Source: Salinivirgaceae bacterium
GTDB lineage: Bacteria; Bacteroidota; Bacteroidia; Bacteroidales; SZUA-534
Reading direction: 5' to 3'
Assembly: GCA_024405635.1 (NCBI GenBank)
Contig: JAKSOL010000010.1
Span: forward strand, 32,001 to 96,000
DNA: 64,000 nucleotides
The notes under the pieces were generated by a model that saw only the letters and a list, made by a program, of their open reading frames with translations, was not told the DNA's origin and made no database searches. How positions within the stretch are numbered: position 1 is the stretch's first letter; every line of letters starts with the position of its first letter. Position numbers and translations under genes: made by a program. Of the stretch, positions 50,001 through 57,993 are shown piece by piece.

Positions 50001-51485
50001 AACGGCGAAACCATTGACACCAGAAGCCGAAGCAACCAACACTCAGAATATAGCAACGACACCAACGAACCTATTACTAAGTACGTTGAACTAATTGCCG
50101 AAAGCCCATTTGGCTGTCTCGACACAATGGTCAATCCTATGATAACATTCCCAAATGTGATTGTAGATTTTGAGGTTGACTCTATTGGTTGTAGTCCGCT
50201 AAACATTCAGGTTACAAACAAATCAACACAAACAGCAACAATCCACCACTGGGAGTTTGGCGATGGCAGCACATCGGTTGCAGCCGAGCCAGCATACACA
50301 TATTACAACACATCAAACAACGACGTTCAATACACAATAACATACATCGGCACCTCAAAATACCAATGTGTCGATACTGTTAAACACAACGTTATTGTTT
50401 ACATTAACCCAACAGTCGATTTTGTTGCCGATGCACCATCTCAACGATATCCAGACGATACCGTAATCTTCCAAAACTACACCCAAGACGGTCCTTGGAC
50501 ATATAAGTGGGATTTTGGAGACGGAAACACATCAACAACAGGCGAACGCGAATTCCTTTATAAATACGGCCGCTGGGCTCCAAACGATAGCAATAACATT
50601 TTCCACGTTACCTTAACCGTTGGAAGCGAGCATTGCAGCAATACCATTAGCCACGATGTTACAGTTTTGCCGCCTTATCCAAACATTGTTATCAGCAACG
50701 TAAAGCCAGCAGGATGCGTTCCTTTAACAGTCGATTTCCGCGTTGAAGAAGAATACACCACCTCATATTTGTGGGAATTTGAAGATGGAACCACATCAAC
50801 CGAAATGCAACCAACACACGAATTTACAGAACCTGGCTTATACAATGTTAAACTTACAGCTTTTGGCGATGGCGGATCTCATTACGACTACGAGATAATT
50901 ACCGTTTACGAACTACCAGAACCAAAATTCACAGCAGCGCCAACATTTGTAATGCTTCCAGACCAACCAGTGCAGTTCTTTAACCAAACACTTAACGGCA
51001 ACACATACATTTGGGACTTTGGCGATGGCACATATTCAACCGAGCAAAATCCAACACACCAATACAAAGAAGAAGGTATGTATGACGTTAAACTTATAGC
51101 ATTCTCAAACCAAATGTGTACCGATTCAATTATAGAAGAACAACACATTGAAGTAAGCGGCGAAGGTTACATACGCTACCCTAACGCATTCATTCCTTCT
51201 AGTTCAAGTCCAACCAATGGTTCGTATCCCGAGCCTGATGATATAAACAACGTATTCCACCCAATTTCGTTTGGCGTTAAAGAATACGAACTTTGGGTTT
51301 ACAACCGTTGGGGCGAAGAACTATTCCACTCAACCGACATTACAATTGGTTGGAATGGTCGTTACTCAAATTCTGGCAAAGAGTTAGGTCAAGATGTTTA
51401 TTTCTGGAAAGCAAAAGGTACATTCCAAAACAATACTCCTTTCAAAATTGCTGGTGATGTTACTCTAATTCGCAAAAAAGAATAA
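44100..51485 (+). CDS. giant T9SS-secreted adhesin-like protein: IgGFc-binding-type N-domain, about 19 PKD/Ig repeats, type B CTD
   Basis: Signal peptide; EFWFAVP N-domain; repeated GCxPLxVxF...WxFGDG units; C-terminal PNAFIP...N..F.P...YNRWGE...GWNG...DVYFW...GDVTLIR. Confidence 0.92.
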   Translation: MNTYKKLIAVFTIILSTLSANCQTDVEFWFAVPELTWRHVADQKTYLHIASLDAPADVVVEMPRNAYDAVSNPKGFNPILVTLPANGYNLIDLTSIITASQDDNILEVGLDKNAGTVENNGLHIKSTALITAYLERADNDNTDLWALKGRNAIGKNFIVPSQNTFYNKAFGTPAAWNSIDVVAVEDATVTFTVPKGSAVKVNGTVKNFTSAPGTVSQKLKAGQAFSLRSAAVGTTYSGFECDRHLGGTIIKSTGNIVVQWKDDSMKSDYTGSYDVAGDQIVPTDLAGFEYVVMRGQLGNGNKNSEYVYIMATEPNTTVTFTTEDGSHTVHNHQADIIKTSDSDRGVSYKVNYMKANSKTIDYTEDAPMVLSKVGEIKYVRLNELSLKSESAFSGDAANLKNYDALHIKADKKIIVFHISGFGSEMGGAILPTIDGCTGSSEVSFMRSSVHGFYLNIMCKGPFIDYFTIEIEGREYPIPGSWFKKIEGSGTNESSTWYYLNKSYNEFGKAQGGIPAIQVGKTVKVKNKVGLFHLGIINGNASGGCRYGYFSDFSDNQSRANIANSGSDYHDFCEGDTITLQASGGVEYKWKYIESGSSIFIDPDTESTPRVKPTPGFNHYEVTIRRACYTGNQNQDTTVDVYAFGIPQIVADFDISPSTVCSPRTVTFTNNTTGANTFYWTIDGQPISEESEIVLYPFINQGGTAAEYHIVSLKASLGNGCPNSKSKTVTVCPSSEAKVTADVAIGCQPLTVTFTDESTGNISRTIWNFGDGTGDKDYAPGTIAKHTYVNPSETDTIYYAKVVTTNTFNCSDTAIVPITVHGMVKAQFTIDKASGCAPFDVNFKNYSIGYGPKTVYTWNIGGDYTGTPSSTKNAEFTLTYNNETQVLKQYKDITLTATLTANNGDVCISTSQRDTITVYPHFTIDYEVSPISGCNPLEATFTNQSNIQDSKTQFKWYFGDGSSANNTGTFSHTYAHAEPTQQHFQTALAGESQYGCRDSVAKDIITVEAYLAPHFTIDNSEGCSPVTINLTNNTPAHAKSDNSTWTFTNTSGANYPYTLVSGSLSNTAKLRFENKTGTIQVITIRLTESIDGTRCSESYEQKITIYPEVSASFVASQPTVCDSTQIVFTNNSIFTGTTLKPSKYSWIFGNGATKDMTSASAVSQLYRNTSGSTGTTAQNYTVTLIASANGCADTATTQVAVYPPVKASFVAEDGKYNVCAPATIKLKNTSTGANQYLWEYNDGTPSNSTYNLANVNYPVPSTTTPNTVDVKIVTMTASNGSCTSTAKRTFNVSPEIKPSLTVSKSAGCGPLDVTLSSAGTTGNSLSYAWNFGDNSPILNQTTESVNHTFGNDSGNDKTYTAKLTVTNNLGCKATVQANVTVYPEIDAQFSIIKTTECSPMDVDLVNNSQNGNKYIWTFGDGQTETSTSARGTKHQYKNTSPSGNDISTYTIKLITIDANHTACRDSIKHDITVYPEVIAAFDATNTEGCSPLTSSFTNKSKGYGLSYVWQYDYDNTSSTTTDATHNHTFDNREATTRTYNVKLIATDFNKCTSTATKTVKAYPHVIAGFGYVKEGVCTPYEVSFNQPNNAINGTKFSWDFGDGSKEDKSTKATFKHTYDNTTANTVNTYNIKLLTTDTNTGCKDSTTQTIEVYPRLIPAFEADVTEGCNPVSVSFTNKTTGLATYAWTFGDGQSSTLTNPAHTFTNYNTTDETYTTTLTTTQSATGCQKTTSKDITAYSFVLAKFGINGADLEQVGSQAGELMGGCTPFKVVITDSSRINANTGSWSWNFGDGTTSNNRQPSILTYTNNDSVAPLENKRYDISLRVTNNHGCYHDTVQSLTVYPRSVPNFTGDFEGCMPHTVTFEDKSVIDDGTKYFWSFGDGSTAVTAPPFSKTYNNYSNTNDQVFTINLKTTTQYNCTDEISKTVTVHPKPQASFSPLIDRACPPFNAEFKNNSIGTNLTYHWDFDNGETIDTRSRSNQHSEYSNDTNEPITKYVELIAESPFGCLDTMVNPMITFPNVIVDFEVDSIGCSPLNIQVTNKSTQTATIHHWEFGDGSTSVAAEPAYTYYNTSNNDVQYTITYIGTSKYQCVDTVKHNVIVYINPTVDFVADAPSQRYPDDTVIFQNYTQDGPWTYKWDFGDGNTSTTGEREFLYKYGRWAPNDSNNIFHVTLTVGSEHCSNTISHDVTVLPPYPNIVISNVKPAGCVPLTVDFRVEEEYTTSYLWEFEDGTTSTEMQPTHEFTEPGLYNVKLTAFGDGGSHYDYEIITVYELPEPKFTAAPTFVMLPDQPVQFFNQTLNGNTYIWDFGDGTYSTEQNPTHQYKEEGMYDVKLIAFSNQMCTDSIIEEQHIEVSGEGYIRYPNAFIPSSSSPTNGSYPEPDDINNVFHPISFGVKEYELWVYNRWGEELFHSTDITIGWNGRYSNSGKELGQDVYFWKAKGTFQNNTPFKIAGDVTLIRKKE

Positions 51486-52462
51486 TGAAGAAAATACTCC
51501 ACATATTATCAGTTGCATTGCTACTGCCAATCTTTGCTAAAGCACAAGATCCGCAGTTTACGCAGTTTTACTCAAACCCATTATATCAAGCACCATCATT
51601 TGCAGGCGCCATTTCGGGTTATCGAGCATCACTTAACTACCGCGACCAATGGCCTAAAATGCCAGGAAAACTAAACACAATGAACGTGGCTATTGACGCA
51701 AATATTGACAAAATAAATAGTGGACTTGGTCTTATTGCATTGCGCGACGTTGCTGGATCAGCAAGTTATTCTAACCTTTCAGTGGGTTTGCTTTATGCCT
51801 ACAACATACGACTAAACCGACGTATTTATCTGCGTCCTGGCTTAGGATTCTACATGAATCAACGCAGCCTTGACTACGAGAAACTATTGTTTGCTAGCCA
51901 AATGTACGCCAACTCAACATCTCAACCAGTTTTGCCCGAAGACTTTTCAAACATTACTGCTTTTGATGGAAGTTGCTCGCTTTTGCTATTAGCCCGAAAC
52001 TATTGGGTTGGTTTAAGCGCCGACCACCTAATGCAACCTAATGTCTCAGTAACAGGTTACGACTACAAGATGCCTATCAAGTACACAGTTTTTGCAGGTT
52101 TAAAACTTCACAAACTTGAACGACTTATAAGTACAAAACGACAAACAGTAACACTTGCAGCAAACTTCCGTCACCAAGGCGTTACCAACCAAATGGACGT
52201 TGGTTTATATTGGTACTACTCGCCCATTGTTCTTGGTGTTTGGTACCGCGACCTTCCTCTAATAAAGGACTACAGCCGACGAGATGCTCTTGCTTTTCTT
52301 ATAGGCTACGAATACGAAAGCTTCAAAATTGGTTATAGTTACGACTTTACTTTGTCGCATCTAATCACCAACACAGGAGGCGCACATGAGGTTTCGCTAT
52401 CATACAAATTTGAAATTGAACGTAAACGCAAGTTCAAATCAATCCCATGCCCTGAATTCTAG
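51485..52462 (+). CDS. PorP/SprF-family T9SS outer-membrane protein
   Basis: AQDPQFTQFY..PL...P.FAG, NYRDQW and IGYSYDFTLS...GGAHEVSL motifs; TAATG stop/start overlap with the adhesin gene. Confidence 0.93.
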   Translation: MKKILHILSVALLLPIFAKAQDPQFTQFYSNPLYQAPSFAGAISGYRASLNYRDQWPKMPGKLNTMNVAIDANIDKINSGLGLIALRDVAGSASYSNLSVGLLYAYNIRLNRRIYLRPGLGFYMNQRSLDYEKLLFASQMYANSTSQPVLPEDFSNITAFDGSCSLLLLARNYWVGLSADHLMQPNVSVTGYDYKMPIKYTVFAGLKLHKLERLISTKRQTVTLAANFRHQGVTNQMDVGLYWYYSPIVLGVWYRDLPLIKDYSRRDALAFLIGYEYESFKIGYSYDFTLSHLITNTGGAHEVSLSYKFEIERKRKFKSIPCPEF

Positions 52463-52476
52463 CATTATTTAATATT

Positions 52477-52935
52477 ATGAACATAGGTGACAAACTACCA
52501 GAAATACTTGGTACCGATCAAAACGGCAAAACAATAAAAACTAGCGATTTTGCTGGTCGCAAACTAGTGCTATATGCTTATCCAAAAGACAATACTAGCG
52601 GGTGCACCGCCGAGGCATGCTCGCTACGCGACCATAAAGAGCAACTACAGCAATTAGGATTTGAAATTCTTGGCATAAGTAAAGATAGTGCTGACTCTCA
52701 CAAAAAATTCATTGAGAAACAAGAACTCAACTTCAACCTTATTGCCGACACCAACACCACTTTACTTCAACAACTTGGCGCATGGGGCGAAAAAAACATG
52801 TGTGGCAAAACAACTATCGGTACTTTACGCACCACTTTTTTAGTTGACGAACAAGGTACCATCACTCACATTTTCGGTCCCAAACAAATCAAAACCAAAG
52901 AACACGCACAGCAAATTCTAGATGTAATTAAGTAG
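52477..52935 (+). CDS. bcp: BCP/PrxQ peroxiredoxin
   Basis: YPKDNTSGCTAEAC active site. Confidence 0.94.
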   Translation: MNIGDKLPEILGTDQNGKTIKTSDFAGRKLVLYAYPKDNTSGCTAEACSLRDHKEQLQQLGFEILGISKDSADSHKKFIEKQELNFNLIADTNTTLLQQLGAWGEKNMCGKTTIGTLRTTFLVDEQGTITHIFGPKQIKTKEHAQQILDVIK

Positions 52936-53001
52936 ATTAAACTACAAATAAAGGCGACAAATAGTAGATTAAGTAACGCTATTCTACTCTCCCTTTCCCT
53001 C

Positions 53002-53044
53002 AAAAAAAACGCCCCTTACCAGAGTTCCTGATAAGGGGCGTTTT
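53002..53044. terminator. bidirectional intrinsic terminator
   Basis: AAAACGCCCCTTA / TAAGGGGCGTTTT stem between convergent genes. Confidence 0.85.
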
Positions 53045-53066
53045 AGGTGATATTCTCAACGGAAGA

Positions 53067-55703
53067 TTAACTCAAAAAACCAAGTTTCACAACCTTAATT
53101 AGGTTATCTCTATCATCAATTATAGGTTTATACACTTCTGAAACCTCAATTGACTTGCCGTTCACCGACAATTTCATGCTTAACTTAGCATCTTGTCCTT
53201 GTTTAAGTGCTGACATTATTTCAGCCAATTCACTTTTTTCTCTTCCACAAACATTAAACTCGTCAACCAACGTAGTACCAATAATACGATTAGCCGAACC
53301 TTCGCCCAACAATCGTTCCATAAATGGACTTATTGAAAGAATTACGCCTTCACTATCATATTCAACAACAATAGCATATTGCTTAATAATATCCATCATT
53401 GCCTTATTTTCTTCAATAGTTTTTTGAGCCTTTTCTTTATAATTCATTGCATCGGTAACATCTATCGACATACCAAAAGTACCAATCACATTACCATCAA
53501 CATCACGCAAAGGATACTTAGAAGTTGAAGTATATTCAACCGAACCATCATATCGAACTTCTCGTTGAACTTGACGAAGTATTGGCATTCCTGTACGCAT
53601 AATCGATTCCTCATCTGCAACATACTTGTCGGCCTCTTCAACAGGAACAAAATCGCGATCCGATTTGCCAATCAATTGATCTATCGAAGTCATATTAAAC
53701 GTTTCAATCATTGAACGTGAAGCTCTAATAAAGCGACTGTCTTTATCTTTAAAGTAAATCGATTCTGAAATATTATCAAGCAACGCATTAAGCAAAGCTG
53801 TTTCTTTATTCATCTCCTCTCGAATACGAAGATTTTCTTCCATTTGGCGTTGATTCTCCTCTTGAGTTGCCTGCATTTCCTCCATATTCTGACGCATTTC
53901 CTCTTCTTGTGCCTTCAACTCTTCATTTTGGAGTTTACTATCATTAACAAGTTTTTGAGTACGTTCTGCAGTTCTAACGTTTGCAACTGTTGATGCAATA
54001 CTTTCACCTAACTTCTCAACAAATTCAATTTCATAAGGTTTCATCTCACTAAATGAAGCCAACTCTATTACTCCGTAAATGTCCTCATTCAACATACAAG
54101 GAACAATAAGCACGCAACTAGGATTTGCTGTACCTAAACCCGATGTAATTTTTACATAATCATCAGGTATTTCGGTTAAGTATATGGTTTTCTTTTCGTA
54201 AATGCATCGACCTATCAAACCTTCACCAGAGTATATTTCCTTTTTCATAAACTTATCGCGGCCATATGCTATTGCCGTAACAAGTTCAAAATAAATATCA
54301 TTGCCATCATTGTCGTTTTGAACAAACAATGCACCTTGGTTCACATTCAAATACTCAACCAAGCTCGACATTACGTTATAACCCAACGATTTTAGGCTAT
54401 CTGATTCTTGACGCAAAATTTCACCAAATTTTGCTATACCTTCTGTTGCCCAGTTTCGTAATTCTTCTTCTTGTTTGTGAGCTTTTTCATTTTCGGCATT
54501 TTCAAGCAAATTATCACGCATTTTCATCAACGCCATACCCAAACCATCATTTTCGCTCAACTTAGTGTACTTAACACTAAAATCGCCTTCGCCAATGTGG
54601 GCGGCAAAGTCTGCACTCTTTTTAATTCCATCAACCACCATATTCAACGAATCGCCCATATCTTGCAACTCGTTACCTGTGTTAATCTGAATTTCGTGAA
54701 TATTTTCTGTATCACCTTTTGCTAGTGTCATTAACGCCTCTGTTGTTTGTTTAATTGGTTTTGCAATTGTTCCAAACAAATATGCAATGAGCATAATGAA
54801 CAATACAGAAGCCAATAAACCAACAATTGCTGCTATTACGCAAAATTTATTAACCGATTTAAAATATGCAGCTTGGTTAACCCCATATATCAAAGTCCAC
54901 GCTTGCAAGTTATTAGCCAATTTTATAGGCATAAACTCTACCAAAACTCTAACGCTATCATATTTATCACTAAACATATATGAGCCTTCGCTATGAGCTT
55001 TTGTTGTATACTCTGCTATTTGTTCTTCATTAATATCAAGACTTAAATCACCGAGGTTAACTAGTAATTTTCCATTTGAATTAACAACTGTTCCTGAGGC
55101 TTCTAACGCAGAATTAAATACTTCATCAAAAACCGAAGTTTCAACTGACTGACCTACAAAACCTTGAATTTCAAAGTCGTGATAAATTGGAGTAGAAATG
55201 TTCACCAACGTTTTACCTTCAAATTCATAAGGGTCTGATATCATTGGAGTTGAAGAGGTTACTACCGAATTAAAACGTTGTTCAAAGTTATGTACAGAGG
55301 TTTTTACAATAGGATTTCCTTCTTTATCAGACGAAACCAACACCCAATTGTTTTCCATCAAAGATGAATCGCCATAAAATGTTGAGTTCCAAATAACCCA
55401 TGCATCAGTTACCTTTTTTGCACCACAAACTATACGATTATACACCGATCGAGAAGCACTATCAAGCTGTTGTTCGTTACCCGAAAGGGTTTCAGCTAAT
55501 ACCATTGTTCCAGACAACAGATTATCGGCCATCGACCCAACTTTTGATGCCAATAAATTGGCACTTTCTCTTGTTATTTTCTCCGAGTTCCTTTTGGTTG
55601 TAACTCCAAGCGAAATGGTTATTGCCAAAATTGCAACAATCTCAAAACCAAGAATAACGGCGGAAATAATCCAACCTTTGCGAGTTATAGAGCGTTTACT
55701 CAT
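53067..55703 (-). CDS. membrane sensor: TM-Cache-like-TM-HAMP-GAF-coiled coil-PAS-PAS, with no output domain
   Basis: Two TM helices flanking an SDPY-containing domain; HAMP (PIKQ..NELQDMG); GAF (GEGLIG..IYLTEIP..ITSGLG); QEEEMRQNMEEMQATQEE coil; PAS (IYFKD..GKSD..SKYPLRD..GTFGMSIDVT). Confidence 0.85.
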   Translation of the reverse strand: MSKRSITRKGWIISAVILGFEIVAILAITISLGVTTKRNSEKITRESANLLASKVGSMADNLLSGTMVLAETLSGNEQQLDSASRSVYNRIVCGAKKVTDAWVIWNSTFYGDSSLMENNWVLVSSDKEGNPIVKTSVHNFEQRFNSVVTSSTPMISDPYEFEGKTLVNISTPIYHDFEIQGFVGQSVETSVFDEVFNSALEASGTVVNSNGKLLVNLGDLSLDINEEQIAEYTTKAHSEGSYMFSDKYDSVRVLVEFMPIKLANNLQAWTLIYGVNQAAYFKSVNKFCVIAAIVGLLASVLFIMLIAYLFGTIAKPIKQTTEALMTLAKGDTENIHEIQINTGNELQDMGDSLNMVVDGIKKSADFAAHIGEGDFSVKYTKLSENDGLGMALMKMRDNLLENAENEKAHKQEEELRNWATEGIAKFGEILRQESDSLKSLGYNVMSSLVEYLNVNQGALFVQNDNDGNDIYFELVTAIAYGRDKFMKKEIYSGEGLIGRCIYEKKTIYLTEIPDDYVKITSGLGTANPSCVLIVPCMLNEDIYGVIELASFSEMKPYEIEFVEKLGESIASTVANVRTAERTQKLVNDSKLQNEELKAQEEEMRQNMEEMQATQEENQRQMEENLRIREEMNKETALLNALLDNISESIYFKDKDSRFIRASRSMIETFNMTSIDQLIGKSDRDFVPVEEADKYVADEESIMRTGMPILRQVQREVRYDGSVEYTSTSKYPLRDVDGNVIGTFGMSIDVTDAMNYKEKAQKTIEENKAMMDIIKQYAIVVEYDSEGVILSISPFMERLLGEGSANRIIGTTLVDEFNVCGREKSELAEIMSALKQGQDAKLSMKLSVNGKSIEVSEVYKPIIDDRDNLIKVVKLGFLS

Positions 55704-55838
55704 AGTTTAAGGTATTCTTTTTACATATTTAGGCGAAAGATAACAACCTAACACCAAAAAAAAAATCTTTTTACTGCAAAAAAGTCAATAGATTATTGTT
55801 GCATAACAATTTGTCGGCTACTATAATTTAAGTTTTTC

Positions 55839-56288
55839 TCAAAAACCTAAAACTGGCGTTTTCATCTCCTCAATATGCACCGACACGCAGTCTGACAGAT
55901 CCGATTCAGTATCAAATTGTGGCACTATAATTTGCAATTCAGCATCAATATCATTCTTGCAACTAAACTGCATTGTTGAGCAATACTCGCACGATGCATT
56001 ATCATATACAATCTTTCCTGTAGTTCTATTTATTACCAATAACTGAACCACTCCATTATAAAGAGGTCCTGAACATGTGGTAATTCTATAATCATTACCC
56101 GATTCAAATTGCATAGAAACGCATTGGCCCTCGCCTGGACTCAACAAAAAACCACTCGATGCTGCGTTTTCTTTGTATATAAATTTTGTGAACTCTGTTG
56201 CACAATTATTAACAAAGAATGCATCGCAATTTTGTGCCGATATTGTATTAGTGCAAAATAGCGTTAGCAGCAAACTCAACCAACGCAT
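55839..56288 (-). CDS. secreted Cys-containing hypothetical protein (paralog of 56300-56836)
   Basis: Signal peptide; GNDYRITTC, IVYDN and CVSVHIEEMKTPVLGF. Confidence 0.8.
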   Translation of the reverse strand: MRWLSLLLTLFCTNTISAQNCDAFFVNNCATEFTKFIYKENAASSGFLLSPGEGQCVSMQFESGNDYRITTCSGPLYNGVVQLLVINRTTGKIVYDNASCEYCSTMQFSCKNDIDAELQIIVPQFDTESDLSDCVSVHIEEMKTPVLGF

Positions 56289-56299
56289 ATATAATGAAA

Positions 56300-56836
56300 T
56301 TAAAAACCTTTTGATGGGGTAATCATGTGCTCAACAAGCACACCAACGCACCCTATTTCTGTATCCTTACGAACAAAAATCAAATCATCATCAGGATTGT
56401 CTGCATTTTTTTCTGCAAAGTTGCTGGTTCCTTTAACCTCTACCTCAACCCACAAATCGCGAGTTTGAGTTACTGTAAATTCAAAATCAGTTGCGCCACC
56501 GTCTTCTTCGCTATTATACAAAACGTTATCGGTTTCTCTGTCAATAAGTTTAAAATAAACTTCAGAACCCAATTCGCTATCGTGACAAATAGAAACTCGA
56601 TAATCGCGACCATTATATATTGATAGTGCCACACGCGACTTTTGTCCTTTAACAAACAAAGCGCTACGCGAAGCCTCTTCGTTTATACGATAATAAATAT
56701 TTGAGCTTGTTTTACAGCTATCACGTTGATAATTAAAACATTTACGGATTGTATAGTCGTTTGTTTGACCATTTGCATTGGTTGCAAACAAAGTTACTAC
56801 AACGACAACCAAAGCTGCCAGTATTTTGCTCTTCAT
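56300..56836 (-). CDS. secreted Cys-containing hypothetical protein (paralog of 55839-56288)
   Basis: Signal peptide; GRDYRVSIC, VLYNS and CVGVLVEHMITPSKGF. Confidence 0.82.
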   Translation of the reverse strand: MKSKILAALVVVVVTLFATNANGQTNDYTIRKCFNYQRDSCKTSSNIYYRINEEASRSALFVKGQKSRVALSIYNGRDYRVSICHDSELGSEVYFKLIDRETDNVLYNSEEDGGATDFEFTVTQTRDLWVEVEVKGTSNFAEKNADNPDDDLIFVRKDTEIGCVGVLVEHMITPSKGF

Positions 56837-56841
56837 AATAG

Positions 56842-57291
56842 CTAATTAATAAATACTATTTTTATTGACTTCGACGACGGTTCACATACTCTTCCATCGC
56901 GAGTGCGCAAAAGTATATTTTTAAGATATACAAACTTATAATTAGGGGTTTTATTTATCACCACATTTCTAACATCATCACTTACTATCGCCCCAACATT
57001 TTCAACCTCAACGTTCTGTCCTAAACTGATTGCCGAAATAGTAAATTTTTCAACAGTCATTCCCTGAACATTCACCATTATGGTATCGCAATTAGCAAAC
57101 AATTTACGGTCAATTTGAACTCGATCAGAATCAAGCACTTTACCCGACACAATTAATAACGTATCAGTTTGCGTATCATACGTCGGTGCTAACGACATAC
57201 GATTCCTACTAAACGATTGTTGGGCACACGTCATCGACATGCACCCAACCATCATTATTATTGTCAAAAATATTTTTCTAACGAACGACAT
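56842..57291 (-). CDS. secreted protein, possible stand-alone GldM/PorM C-terminal-like domain
   Basis: Signal peptide; V.KF.IS...G......G......RNVV......FVYLKNI..RT.DGR pattern; 1-nt overlap with the Crp/Fnr stop. Confidence 0.65.
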   Translation of the reverse strand: MSFVRKIFLTIIMMVGCMSMTCAQQSFSRNRMSLAPTYDTQTDTLLIVSGKVLDSDRVQIDRKLFANCDTIMVNVQGMTVEKFTISAISLGQNVEVENVGAIVSDDVRNVVINKTPNYKFVYLKNILLRTRDGRVCEPSSKSIKIVFIN

Positions 57292-57968
57292 TAACCTATT
57301 TCGCTCAAACGTTCAAGTAGTTCATTGCTAATTATCTTAAGATGTTTACCCTCAACTTGAATTATTTTATCATCATGAAATTCCTTAAGAATTCTAATTG
57401 CGCTCTCGGTTGAAGTACCACAAAAATCGGCCATATCGCGACGTGTAACTTGTAGTGTAAAATTGTCGGAACGGTAGATGCGACGAGCCAAATAAATAAC
57501 TGCATCAGCCAAACGTCCATGCAGTTGTTTTTGTGTCAAGCTCAATGTTCTTTCCATAATTTCCTCTTGCTCAGCATTCAGGCACGAAATAATGTGTTCT
57601 GCAAAATCGGCATTAGCACGAATTATTTCTTTCACAATATCAACATTAAATGCATACAACACAGACTCGCAAACAGAAGCAACTGTATATTGTTGAATAT
57701 TAGAGTTATACATTGACGACAAGCCAACCATTTCGCCTTTTTGCGAGAACTTTACAATCAAGTTTTGGCCATGATATTCTTTGTATATTTTTTGAACACC
57801 CTTTGCTACAAAGAAAATAGTATTTGCAAAACTACCTTGTTTGCAAATGGTTTCTCCTTTATTGTAAGTAATACAAACTGTATTGCTTGATAGTTTTTTC
57901 CACTGCTCTTCAGTTAGCGAATCAAACCAATTTGAAAATTTTGAAAATTGATGTCTATCCATTGCCAT
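57291..57968 (-). CDS. Crp/Fnr-family transcriptional regulator
   Basis: cNMP-binding fold (YNKGETICKQG..KIYK..GEMVG), GRLAD, and HTH TRRDMADFCGTSTESAIRILKEF. Confidence 0.93.
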   Translation of the reverse strand: MAMDRHQFSKFSNWFDSLTEEQWKKLSSNTVCITYNKGETICKQGSFANTIFFVAKGVQKIYKEYHGQNLIVKFSQKGEMVGLSSMYNSNIQQYTVASVCESVLYAFNVDIVKEIIRANADFAEHIISCLNAEQEEIMERTLSLTQKQLHGRLADAVIYLARRIYRSDNFTLQVTRRDMADFCGTSTESAIRILKEFHDDKIIQVEGKHLKIISNELLERLSEIG

Positions 57969-57979
57969 AAACCCATTAA

Positions 57980-57993
57980 TTGATATGTATCAT
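57980..57993. promoter_or_regulatory. FNR-type box TTGAT-N4-ATCAT
   Basis: 9/10 match to TTGAT-N4-ATCAA, 12 nt upstream of the Crp/Fnr start codon. Confidence 0.6.

Noticed and set aside
46000-51140. Recurrent TGGxxxTTTGGCGATGG-like DNA motifs that could suggest a CRISPR or DGR repeat
   Set aside because: They encode the WxFGDG motif of PKD repeats at about 300-nt spacing, are not identical, and no cas or reverse transcriptase gene is present.
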